Position numbers and translations under genes: made by a program. The notes beneath the pieces are model-generated. The model made no database searches. It was not told where the DNA came from and worked only from the letters and a program-made list of their open reading frames with translations. DNA of 64,000 bases from an uncultured Candidatus Saccharibacteria bacterium (GTDB lineage Bacteria; Patescibacteriota; Minisyncoccia; Sungbacterales; HO2-52-23): the NCBI GenBank assembly GCA_964585475.1, contig CAZPDF010000001.1:1441-65440 (forward strand). Reading direction: 5' to 3'. This document shows positions 33,401 through 41,190 of this stretch, piece by piece (position 1 is the stretch's first letter; each line of letters opens with the position of its first letter).

Positions 33401-35384
33401 TCCTCCGAAATCGGTTGAAAATCTGACGACCTCAAATATAACTTCAAGTTCCATAGCTCTGAATTGGACAAGATCGTCTGATTTTGATTTTCAAAACCCA
33501 GATTTTGATTCGTATAAAATCTTCCGCAGCACAACTGCAGGAGTCAATACCAGCAATACTCTTATTGCCACAATCACTGGCTCAACCACAACAAGTTTTG
33601 TCGATTCCGGCTTAACTCCCACTACCGCCTTCTTCTACAAAGTCTTCGTCTTTGATCGAGCCGGTCTTTCTTCCGGCAGCAACGAGGTTTCGGCAACTAC
33701 GCAGCCCTCGGTTCCGTCTTTCCCCGGCCCCCAGCCCGGTCCTAATGTGGGGGATACCATTTCAATTCCCATGCTCTCCGGAGGCATTCTGGGAATAGGG
33801 ACGGAAATGGATATTACCGGAGTTGCGGTTGCGGCTGACGGCGTGAACGCCGTGGTTGCCGAAAGCTCCGGAGATCTCTCAAGGGTAAATCTTGCAACCG
33901 GCCAGGTAACTACCATTGCATTCGTAAGCGCGGGCGGCATTGCCAGTCCGGTAATCGAGCCGGGAGGTGAGACCGTGCTTGTCGTTACTGCTCCGCGCGG
34001 CGGGGGGCCGTCCGGCGGAATTGCGCGCGTGAATCTCACGACCGGAGCTGTAAATACCATTTTGGCTAGCGGCATTGACCACGCCGCTGCCATGGCTCTG
34101 GATTCCCAAGGAAGATTCGCTTATGTCACTGGATCGGAAGGAGGGCTTTTCAAGATTGACCTTGAGGCCCGCACCGTAAGCGTGATTTCGGGGATTGGAG
34201 GATTTGGCCTTGCGCTCGAATCAAACAACACCACCGCATTAGTGCCTGCTGGCGGTCCCGCCGGCGGAGTATTTAGCTGCAACCTCATGCGGATAGATCT
34301 TGTGACAGGAGACGTAACCCCTATTGCCTCGGTATGCCTTTTCGGAGGAGTCCCAGTAAGTGTTGCCATAGAACCCGGAGGCCAAACCGCCCTGGTTGCC
34401 ACTACCGGCCAATTCGCCGGGGCTTCCGGAGTCATAGCTAGGGTCACTCTTGCCACCGGGGCGGTCAGAACGCTCTCCTCATGCCAGGGATGCGGCTGGC
34501 CCCACCTTACTATGGAGCCATCTGGAACCAGCGTACTTTATCTTGGCGATCTCGATCAATCCATCATCCGATTCAATATCGCAGATAACACCCAGACCAC
34601 CCTGGCGCGATCAGACAGCCCCCAAGGTATGGCGCTTTCTTCAGACGGCCAAACGGCGTTTACGGTTTCCGACGAATTCCGCTTTACAAGCAAGCTCTCG
34701 CGAATTTCGCTTGACACCGGAAAAGTGGATAAACTCGTAACCACCGGCCGCGCGGGCGGCGGGATTATTCTTGGAAACGGAGACACTTCTGCCTTCTTTA
34801 CCGCTCTTGATCCCGTAAATTTCAGTACTCCGACCATCCAAAAAGTTGATCTTTCCACACTCCGAGCAAGCACCACAAGCGTACTTCCCGATTTTGGACA
34901 CGGAATTGCGAGAGAAGCAAACGGCAATACCGTCTTGGTAGCTGTTAATGACGGCCGAAGTCTTTTGCGTGTAAACTTAATATCAGGAGCCGTTGGTCTC
35001 ATCTCCGACCAGCTTTCAAGCCCCGTGGCAGTTGCCGTAGAAGAGGAGGGGGTATCGGCGCTGGTGGTTGAGGGACGCGCCAACGTCTCCCTTTCCCGCG
35101 TTGACCTCCAAACTGGCGGCGTTACGGTAATTGCGAGCGATCTTGCAGCAATCGGTTTTGGACGAATAGGAGGTGTGGCGCGTGAACCCAGTGGCCAAAC
35201 CGCGCTTGCTGCCATAGGAGGGGCGCTCATCAGAGTGAATCTTCTTTCGGGCGCGCTTACCACGCTTGCCTTTCCGATCTGCGGTTTGGGTAACGGACTT
35301 TCTGGAGTAATCATTGAGGGTGGAGGAAATACCGCATTGCTTTCCCATGAGGTATGCGGGATATTAAGAATAAGAATACGCTGA
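30495..35384 (+). CDS. giant multidomain surface protein: beta-helix, I9-like segment, polytopic membrane block, S8 subtilase, FN3, ~13 beta-propeller blades
   Basis: 1629 aa. It has an N-terminal anchor, then hexapeptide-like repeats (DVIINGNLFANEITIDKDSTINGNA). Hydrophobic helices are encoded at about 31780..32230. The S8 triad is in IVDFGVE (Asp codon 32439), GGHGTQVAG (His codon 32559) and GTSASAPMVTG (Ser codon 33156). An FN3-like segment follows (SIALNWTRS...YKIFRS...FYKVFVFD). Then come repeats of 45-50 aa of the type LSRVNLATGQVTTIA or IARVNLTTGAVNTIL. The antisense ORFs here are shadows. Confidence 0.85.
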   Translation: MKRIKKHIKNHHIISALAAGGIAFAAFNFNGTPLFNNLDNFVLFASEEIQIEQGTQVSSGDLGSNGKIDIEKDVIINGNLFANEITIDKDSTINGNASFNKLKPHKNSRILGTQTKPVQLPIANIPNVSEFQIGTQDFRFEGATNTLSVGSYRDIILEKNARLNLSGGAYNLRKLELKENSTFIFNGSTTINIQFKLKGKDRVSILPGQNIKPDDLTINYLGLRPRNEKEEKEDDDNEIDSEMDNQEKKDHKASKIGRPIVFGKNSFLNFKLLAPKASVHIGKESTVRGQILARKIKIEKNSILSREQTGFKIAKPEDIITDPDGGVYPINELLVSLTPEATILDAQTIAASVNGRIIGIVSSINLYQIGVPAGSIQELENLISILRSNPKVEGVFRNFVVPKQFFPVDRVETLSKIDNEFKIAPSVVYLIFATPMYRILFFAATLLLALYLYLKRHQLRKFSIIKDKLFYSSSHLAWFAVLSITFLLFPLTWLVRWIAPYGRGGSIGIPFITFGGSTYEFGFSIVGILGNILFVYILTLVVAYLKRNFRKHGSLIILLVLALLITGSIFLVFVRFVREGAPFMPSPILLRILGHEAYAAPQIKYDLENLRNQFPPFTKAYDNIKIQQAWEVITSVTPLLSPPIIGIVDFGVEATHHEFNTPEVNFGSVNRSLLEDFIESTFLDPVGGHGTQVAGIIGANNVSRINPLAQDSPQMNGILSGVLSENQYTLEFKPIGGPKNAATSTFIQVAGALEAAIGGSSRVVNMSFGGALCSALSIFSGRECYKTDQEFLDAFGVYQRQFQQASTTLFVAGAGNDDIDASHSLPGALSLLDNVMTVGATDLDDKRAEFLFPEKSNFGSSVNISAPGTDVYAPAPNNEYDSDFSGTSASAPMVTGVAGLLKALEPEYQKFTLGLVMNPAKIKEILIKSADPINTGELNKPLGKDCFNFNTFIHNGCRENAHRAVAWQFPPKSVENLTTSNITSSSIALNWTRSSDFDFQNPDFDSYKIFRSTTAGVNTSNTLIATITGSTTTSFVDSGLTPTTAFFYKVFVFDRAGLSSGSNEVSATTQPSVPSFPGPQPGPNVGDTISIPMLSGGILGIGTEMDITGVAVAADGVNAVVAESSGDLSRVNLATGQVTTIAFVSAGGIASPVIEPGGETVLVVTAPRGGGPSGGIARVNLTTGAVNTILASGIDHAAAMALDSQGRFAYVTGSEGGLFKIDLEARTVSVISGIGGFGLALESNNTTALVPAGGPAGGVFSCNLMRIDLVTGDVTPIASVCLFGGVPVSVAIEPGGQTALVATTGQFAGASGVIARVTLATGAVRTLSSCQGCGWPHLTMEPSGTSVLYLGDLDQSIIRFNIADNTQTTLARSDSPQGMALSSDGQTAFTVSDEFRFTSKLSRISLDTGKVDKLVTTGRAGGGIILGNGDTSAFFTALDPVNFSTPTIQKVDLSTLRASTTSVLPDFGHGIAREANGNTVLVAVNDGRSLLRVNLISGAVGLISDQLSSPVAVAVEEEGVSALVVEGRANVSLSRVDLQTGGVTVIASDLAAIGFGRIGGVAREPSGQTALAAIGGALIRVNLLSGALTTLAFPICGLGNGLSGVIIEGGGNTALLSHEVCGILRIRIR

Positions 35385-35388
35385 TATT

Positions 35389-36069
35389 ATGATTTTTTTC
35401 GATAACGTTTCTAAAATCTATAACCATAATTCCGTCGCGTTGAAAAACGTGACTCTTCGGATTGAGCCGCGCGAATTTGTTTCCATCGTGGGTTCTTCCG
35501 GGGCCGGAAAAACAACGCTTTTGAAGCTTTTGATCAGGGAAGAGGAGCCGACCGACGGCAAAATTTATCTTGACGGTTTTGATATAACTATCGTTCCGAA
35601 AAGCGAGATTCATCACGTGCGCAGGCGCATTGGGATCGTATTTCAGGATTATAAATTGCTTCCAACCAAAACCGCCCATGAAAATGTCGCATTTGCCATG
35701 GAGGTGGCCGGAAGATCGGATGCGGAGATCGCCGAGGATGTTCCGCAGGCGCTGGAACTCGTCGGGCTTGCCGATAAGATTAATAATTTTCCACACCAGC
35801 TCTCCGGTGGAGAGAAACAGAGAGTAGCTATTGCGCGCGCTTTGGTCAATCGGCCGGACGTTATTTTGGCGGACGAGCCGACCGGAAATTTGGACCCCAT
35901 AAATACGTGGGAGATCATAAAACTTTTGCAGAAAATAAACATGCTTGATACGACGGTGGTCTTGGCCACGCACGACAAAGAAATTATCAACGCGATAGAC
36001 AAGCGGGTGGTGGTGCTGGACAAAGGGGAAGTAATATCGGATAAAGAAAAGGGGAAGTATTTGGTATAA
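35389..36069 (+). CDS. ftsE: cell division ATP-binding protein FtsE
   Basis: [24 protein letters not shown] and [12 protein letters not shown]. An ftsX gene follows downstream. Confidence 0.9.
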   Translation: MIFFDNVSKIYNHNSVALKNVTLRIEPREFVSIVGSSGAGKTTLLKLLIREEEPTDGKIYLDGFDITIVPKSEIHHVRRRIGIVFQDYKLLPTKTAHENVAFAMEVAGRSDAEIAEDVPQALELVGLADKINNFPHQLSGGEKQRVAIARALVNRPDVILADEPTGNLDPINTWEIIKLLQKINMLDTTVVLATHDKEIINAIDKRVVVLDKGEVISDKEKGKYLV

Positions 36070-36209
36070 CGAATGTTTTTTCGGTACGCCTATCGCTTGC
36101 CCCGGCGAGGCAAGCTCGCTCCAGCGCTCGGTTTCGCTCTCCTCGCATACGCTCGGAACCGTGCCCGCTCAACCTCGCGAGGCCCTCAAAAACATTCGTT
36201 ATACCAAAT
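36059..36209. repeat. 151-nt element with perfect 22-bp terminal inverted repeats between ftsE and ftsX
   Basis: atttggtataacgaatgttttt (36059..36080, includes the ftsE TAA) and aaaaacattcgttataccaaat (36188..36209). The interior is GC-rich with internal hairpins (cttgcc-ccggcgag-gcaag). ORF 36073..36390 over it is not credible. Confidence 0.7.
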
Positions 36210-36223
36210 GAAGAAAGACAAAC

Positions 36224-37132
36224 ATGCTGAAGGTAACCTTAAAACGTATATTAAAAGCCGGTTATTTGAGCTTTCGGCGGAATGGCTGGCTTTCTACGGC
36301 TACGATTTTGGTAATGGTGCTCGTGCTTTTTGTTTTGGGGAATCTGGTGTTTTTGAGTGCGATTGCAGCGACCGTGGTTGGGACGCTTGAATCCAAGATC
36401 GATATTAGCGTCTATTTCGTCTCTGACGCCTCGGAGGAAAATATCCTTGCCGTAAGGCGTGAAATCGAAGCCCTCCCCGATGTTGCCGGAGTGGCCTATG
36501 TGTCAAAAGATGAGGCGCTTGCCGACTTCAGGGAAAAACATAGCGGCAATGCTTTAATTGCCAACGCCTTGGACGAACTTGGAGAAAACCCGCTTGAAGC
36601 AAGTTTAAATATCAAAGCCAAAGACCCGGCCGATTACGGATCAATCAGCAATTTTCTGCTTCATAAAAACTATGCCGTCGTGGACAAAATCAATTATTTT
36701 GAAAATCAAATGGTAATTGAGCGGCTTGGAGCAGTTCTTACCACGGTGCGAAGTTCGGGTGCCGTTCTTGCAATCTTTCTTGCGTTTGTCTCGGTTTTGG
36801 TCGCGTTCAACACGGTGAGATTAGCAATTTACACCATGCGGGAAGAGATCGGGATTATGCGTCTGGTGGGGGCAACCAAGTGGTTTATCCGGGGGCCGTT
36901 TCTTTTGAACGGCGTATTCTACGGCGCGATTGCCGCACTCGCCGCGATATTTATATTTTTCCCTCTTACTTGGGCGGCGTCTCCCAAGCTTGCTCTGGTT
37001 GTTCCGAATTTCGAGCTTTTTCGGTATTTTCTTGATAATTTCTGGGAGTTTTTCGGCGTCATGCTTTTTGCCGGAGTTTTTCTTGGTGTTGTTTCGAGTT
37101 TCATCGCAATCAGGCGGTACCTCGATGCATAG
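36224..37132 (+). CDS. ftsX: cell division permease-like protein FtsX
   Basis: 302 aa. MLKVTLKRILKAGYLSFRRNGWLSTATILVM is followed by an extracytoplasmic domain and three C-terminal TM helices. Confidence 0.88.
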   Translation: MLKVTLKRILKAGYLSFRRNGWLSTATILVMVLVLFVLGNLVFLSAIAATVVGTLESKIDISVYFVSDASEENILAVRREIEALPDVAGVAYVSKDEALADFREKHSGNALIANALDELGENPLEASLNIKAKDPADYGSISNFLLHKNYAVVDKINYFENQMVIERLGAVLTTVRSSGAVLAIFLAFVSVLVAFNTVRLAIYTMREEIGIMRLVGATKWFIRGPFLLNGVFYGAIAALAAIFIFFPLTWAASPKLALVVPNFELFRYFLDNFWEFFGVMLFAGVFLGVVSSFIAIRRYLDA

Positions 37133-37159
37133 CCATTTCTCAATTTTTGTGTTATGTTT

Positions 37160-37182
37160 AAAATCGCCTATAGGGCGATTTT
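37160..37182 (+). terminator. intrinsic terminator after ftsX
   Basis: aaaatcgcc-tata-gggcgatttt. Confidence 0.65.
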
Positions 37183-37190
37183 AAGTTTAT

Positions 37191-37261
37191 TCCGGGGTCG
37201 TCTAACGGTAGGACACATGCCTCTGGAGCATGGTATCTTGGTTCGATTCCAGGCCCCGGAG
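37191..37261 (+). tRNA. tRNA-Gln(CTG)
   Basis: TCCGGGG-TC-GTCTAACGGTAGGAC-A-CATGC-CTCTGGA-GCATG-GTAT-CTTGGTTCGATTCCAGG-CCCCGGA-G. Confidence 0.9.
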
Positions 37262-37285
37262 TTTTGTGCGGGAGACGCGGAAATT

Positions 37286-37396
37286 GGGGGCAAAACGCAA
37301 AATGCTTTGCGTTTTGCGGGACTGCTACATTAAATCCGCGAGCTAACGAGCGTAAAAAATAAAGGCAGTCCCGGGAATTTGTGAAGGAACAAATTG
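37286..37396 (+). repeat. three-hairpin structured element, copy 3 (immediately 3' of tRNA-Gln)
   Basis: GGGGGCAAAACGCAAAATGCTTTGCGTTTTGC-GGGACTGC...GCGAGCTAACGAGCGTAAAAAATAAAGGCAGTCCC-GGGAATTTGTGAAGGAACAAATT. It shares TTT(C/T)GCGGGA, CGA(A/G)CGTAAAAAAT, TCCC(T/G)GG and the GAAGG hairpin loop with copy 2. It is followed at 37396..37416 by TTGATTCTCTGTCCCGGAGTTTT, an imperfect duplicate of the tRNA-Gln 3' end TTCGATTCCAGGCCCCGGAGTTTT. The 11-nt perfect direct repeat CCCGGAGTTTT lies at 37255..37265 and 37406..37416. Confidence 0.6.
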
Positions 37397-37432
37397 ATTC
37401 TCTGTCCCGGAGTTTTATGATAGAACTTATCT

Positions 37433-37759
37433 ATGGAAAACCCAATTGAAAAAGGCCCTGAACGGATCCTGACAAAAGAAGACGTCATGGAGGTTATTGC
37501 TCGTCATGCGGAAAATGCTATCCTCGTTCGAGAGTTGTCTGACGAGCAGGGACTCTACTTACTTGAAGTAAAAGTAGAAGGCAAAGAGTCCGATGAAATT
37601 ATCCAATATCAATATATGAGGAAAGGAAGGTTCCCAAACCACAACGAAGCATCAGAAACTGCTATTCATGCTGTGTATTATCAAGGTGAAACGCCAGTTG
37701 GTGGAGATAAAATTGCTGTTTATAAATCTGAAATGGGGGGCTGGGAAGAAGTAGAATAA
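37433..37759 (+). CDS. hypothetical protein
   Basis: 108-aa ORF with no recognisable motif. Confidence 0.55.
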   Translation: MENPIEKGPERILTKEDVMEVIARHAENAILVRELSDEQGLYLLEVKVEGKESDEIIQYQYMRKGRFPNHNEASETAIHAVYYQGETPVGGDKIAVYKSEMGGWEEVE

Positions 37760-37833
37760 GTTCCAACATCGTCCCACAGCCGTAGAGCCCTTGCGATTCC
37801 TACCGAGATGGGTCATGCGCTATATCCACAAAA

Positions 37834-38541
37834 ATGGCAACTGATTTTTCTTCAAAACAGTTATCCGAAACATACTCTGAAGGGGTAACGGCCGAAGGGC
37901 TCAGTTTACGGCCAGTAGTTTTGGAATTAGTTGGAGATGTGCGGGAAAAAGAGGTGCTGGATATAGGTTGCGGCGATGGCCGTTATAGCATCGTCTTTGG
38001 AGAGAATGGGGCTAAGGTTACCGCAATTGATCTTTCACCTCATCAAATAGCGATAGCGATGCAGAAGCATTCACACCCTAATATCAACTACAGTACCGGA
38101 GATGTTACGAGCGACATTGTCGAAGATAATTCTATAGATTTAGTCTTTGCTAATTTAGTTGTTCCAGACCTAGATAATTTAGAAAAGCTGGGCAGGTTAT
38201 TTTTTCTTTCCAGGCGAGTACTAAAAGTGCAGGGCAGGTTGATTTTCTCGGTCCTTCATCCCCTGTATCTTTGTTCAGACCAAGATAATTTTGATAAAGC
38301 GGTTAGCTTTGATCCCAAAGGTTATTTCAACGAAGGAAGCAACTACCGTGCGGAGGCCCTGACGAATGCCGGAAATAAAATGACGTTCGATGAGACGCAT
38401 TTCAGCCTGACCTTTATTTCTAAATTGCTCAGAGAACAGAACTTTTTAATTCGATCCATATCGGAAAGTCGTCAAGTTCCTGAAAAGGGAATGTTTCTCC
38501 CGAAGTATCTTGTTTTTGAATGTATTCCAGCTGAAAAGTGA
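37834..38541 (+). CDS. class I SAM-dependent methyltransferase
   Basis: Motif I is VLDIGCGDGRYS, followed by an acidic residue after beta-2 (VTAIDLS) and the post-I/II pattern DLVFANLV. Confidence 0.8.
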   Translation: MATDFSSKQLSETYSEGVTAEGLSLRPVVLELVGDVREKEVLDIGCGDGRYSIVFGENGAKVTAIDLSPHQIAIAMQKHSHPNINYSTGDVTSDIVEDNSIDLVFANLVVPDLDNLEKLGRLFFLSRRVLKVQGRLIFSVLHPLYLCSDQDNFDKAVSFDPKGYFNEGSNYRAEALTNAGNKMTFDETHFSLTFISKLLREQNFLIRSISESRQVPEKGMFLPKYLVFECIPAEK

Positions 38542-38677
38542 GACGCAAGGCGTCTAGCCTTTTGAGGGCCTCATTTAAGTTAAAATAACCCCTACCAAGA
38601 CCCCCGCCTTCGGCGGAAGGTACCTGATTCACCGTTAATCGATACTTGAGGAGGCCAGTCGGATCTAGTTTTAAAAT

Positions 38678-38800
38678 ATGTGGGAAGATTTTTTAGCAAA
38701 TTATCTCGCTTCGCTCGCATCGGCCCTCACCTTGGCGCTTCTTGGTTTCGGGTCGTATAAAATTTATAAGAGGAGGAAGCGGGGTGCGGGGAAATATTAA
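38678..38800 (+). CDS. possible 40-aa single-pass membrane peptide
   Basis: Found by eye; it is below the ORF-track cutoff. It reads MWEDFLANYLASLASALTLALLGFGSYKIYKRRKRGAGKY, with a GAGGAGG sequence about 25 nt upstream. Speculative. Confidence 0.3.
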   Translation: MWEDFLANYLASLASALTLALLGFGSYKIYKRRKRGAGKY

Positions 38801-38890
38801 TAGATGAGGTAACCCTTAAATCGCTGATTGAACTTTGTTTTTTGGCTCCCGGATATGATAGGATGGAATCGGGGTGGCGCTTGACTACTT

Positions 38891-40435
38891 ATGTTTTACC
38901 GAAAACCCTTATTCATTGTTTTAGCATTTGCGGCCCTTGGCGTTTTCGCCGGAGGGTATGTTTATTTTGGACGCTCGTCCAAAGAGGCCCCCGCGGTCGT
39001 AAGCGTAAAACGTGCAGACATCGTTCAGGAAGTAAACGTGACCGGGAGAGTGAAACCCGCGTCCGAGGCAAATCTTGCTTTTGAAAAAATTGGCAAAGTT
39101 ACGAGCGTATACGTCAAAGTGGGGGAACGGGCTCTGGCCGGACAGGTGCTGGTAGTACTTGATAATGCCGAGATCCTCGCGTCTCTGGCGGATGCCGAGG
39201 CGAATGTTCGCGCTAAAATCGCGAAACTCGACGAGCTAAAACGCGGCACCAGGTCCGAGGAGATCCGTATACAAGAGGTTAAGGTGGAGAACGCGAAAGT
39301 AGCGGTGGAAGATGCGAAGCGAAATCTTCTCGATAAGATCCAAGATGCGTATACAAAATCGGACGATGCCGTACGAAATGATGCGGACCAATTTTTTTCT
39401 AACCCCCGAAGTTTAAATCCCCAGCTTACATTTGTGAATGTTGATACGGGACTCAAAGCCGATCTTGAACGGGAGCGGCCGATTCTCGAGACGATGCTGA
39501 ACTCCTGGAGTGCATCGCTTGCGGCTTTAAGCGTATCGCAAGACCTTCTTTCTTATGCGAAAGCCGCCCGGGAAAATCTGGGGCGGATAAAATCATTTTT
39601 GGATAAGGCCTCGCTTGCGGTAAACGTGCTTACGCCGACCTCAAATCTTTCCCAGACAACCGTTGATGCGTGGAAGACGGCAGTGTCTGGCGCCCGCGCG
39701 GATATTAATACTGCCTTAAGCAATTTGACCGTTGCGGAGGAGAAGCGTCGGGGTGCCGACTCCAATCTTGCTGTCGTGGAAAATGAGTTGGCGTTGAAGC
39801 TGGCAGGTGCTACGCCGGAAGAGATCGCGGCACAGGAAGCGGAAGTCGAGCGCGCACGCGCCAGCGTACTCACGATCCGCGCCCAGATTTCTAAAACCGA
39901 ACTCCGGGCGCCTTTTCGCGGAATCATAACGGAACAAAACGCCAAAGTGGGTGAGATTGCTGCTGCCAATAGCGCCCTTGTCTCTCTTATCTCGGAGACG
40001 CAATTTGAGATTGAAGCCAATGTTCCCGAAGCGGATATTGCCAAAATAAAAATTGGAAACTCCGCGCGAGTGACACTGGATGCCTATGGGAGTGACATCG
40101 GTTTTGACGCGTCGGTCGTATCTATAGACCCCGCGGAGAAAATTATTGACGGCGTGGCAACGTACCGCATCACGCTTCAATTTGCCAAAGAAGATATGCG
40201 GATCAGATCCGGCATGACCGCCAATATCGATATTGTAGGCGATCGGAGGCATAATGTTCTCGCCGTCCCGCAGCGGGCGATCAGTATCCGCAACGGCGAA
40301 AAAACAGTCCGCATACTTAAAGGAGGTGCGGCGCAAGAGGTGCGGGTGGGTACGGGGCTTCGCGGATCGGATGGCAATGTCGAGATAGTCCAAGGCCTTG
40401 AGGAGGGCGATCAGGTTATTCTCTCAAACGACTGA
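38891..40435 (+). CDS. HlyD/MacA-type periplasmic adaptor (membrane fusion) protein
   Basis: 514 aa with an N-terminal anchor, a lipoyl-like VTGRVKP...GKVTSVYVKVGERALAGQVLVVLD, a long coiled-coil hairpin and a beta-barrel C-terminus. It lies upstream of MacB-like genes. Confidence 0.85.
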   Translation: MFYRKPLFIVLAFAALGVFAGGYVYFGRSSKEAPAVVSVKRADIVQEVNVTGRVKPASEANLAFEKIGKVTSVYVKVGERALAGQVLVVLDNAEILASLADAEANVRAKIAKLDELKRGTRSEEIRIQEVKVENAKVAVEDAKRNLLDKIQDAYTKSDDAVRNDADQFFSNPRSLNPQLTFVNVDTGLKADLERERPILETMLNSWSASLAALSVSQDLLSYAKAARENLGRIKSFLDKASLAVNVLTPTSNLSQTTVDAWKTAVSGARADINTALSNLTVAEEKRRGADSNLAVVENELALKLAGATPEEIAAQEAEVERARASVLTIRAQISKTELRAPFRGIITEQNAKVGEIAAANSALVSLISETQFEIEANVPEADIAKIKIGNSARVTLDAYGSDIGFDASVVSIDPAEKIIDGVATYRITLQFAKEDMRIRSGMTANIDIVGDRRHNVLAVPQRAISIRNGEKTVRILKGGAAQEVRVGTGLRGSDGNVEIVQGLEEGDQVILSND

Positions 40436-40446
40436 AACCTCAAAAT

Positions 40447-41166
40447 ATGGCGTTGATTGAAACGAGGAATCTCGAAAAAATATACTCTGGCGAAAGTGTA
40501 GCAACTCCGGCGCTCCGCGCCGTATCTTTTTCTATTGATCGCGGGGAGTTCGTGGCCATCATGGGCCCTTCCGGATCGGGCAAATCAACCCTGCTTCATA
40601 TTTTGGGATTTCTTGACCGCCAAACCGGCGGCGAGTATCGTTTTGAGGGAAAAACCAGCGAGGATTATTCAAAAGCAGAAATAGCCCACGTGCGGAATAA
40701 AAAAATGGGGTTTGTGTTTCAGGCGTTTAATCTTCTGGCGCGGACTACGGTACTCGAGAATGTAAAGCTGCCGCTTCTTTATTCGGATGTCCCGGAATCG
40801 CATTGGGACGGCTTGGCAAAAAAAGCGATTGAGGCGGTCGGTCTCTCGCATAGGATTCAGCATGTGCCTTCCCAGCTTTCGGGCGGGGAGAAACAGCGAG
40901 TTGCGATTGCGCGCTCTCTCGTCAATAACCCCGAAGTAATTTTTGCAGATGAGCCGACCGGGAATCTTGATTCGAAATCCGGAAAGCAAGTGATGGAGAT
41001 TATACAGAATTTGAATCAAAAAGACGGGCATACCATTATTTTGATTACACACGAGACCTATACCGCGGAGCACGCCGGAAGGATCATCCGGTTGCTTGAC
41101 GGAAAAATAGAGAGCGACTCTCTCGTGAATCATCGGAGGAGGGCTGAGGACCAATTTATAAAATAG
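40447..41166 (+). CDS. MacB/LolD-type ABC transporter ATP-binding protein
   Basis: [26 protein letters not shown] and [11 protein letters not shown]. Confidence 0.9.
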   Translation: MALIETRNLEKIYSGESVATPALRAVSFSIDRGEFVAIMGPSGSGKSTLLHILGFLDRQTGGEYRFEGKTSEDYSKAEIAHVRNKKMGFVFQAFNLLARTTVLENVKLPLLYSDVPESHWDGLAKKAIEAVGLSHRIQHVPSQLSGGEKQRVAIARSLVNNPEVIFADEPTGNLDSKSGKQVMEIIQNLNQKDGHTIILITHETYTAEHAGRIIRLLDGKIESDSLVNHRRRAEDQFIK

Positions 41167-41190
41167 TTTTTTTCGGAGGAGCCAAAATCC

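Noticed and set aside
33635-35348. Minus-strand ORFs inside the giant gene (33635..34093, 34121..34456, 34556..35314, 35016..35348 and others)
   Set aside because: They are antisense to the Gly/Ala/Val-rich propeller repeats of a single 4.9-kb ORF. Open antisense frames are typical in GC-richer repeat DNA.
36073-36390. ORF 36073..36390 (105 aa) between ftsE and ftsX
   Set aside because: It begins inside the inverted-repeat element and runs out of frame into ftsX. It has Arg/Ala-rich shadow composition.
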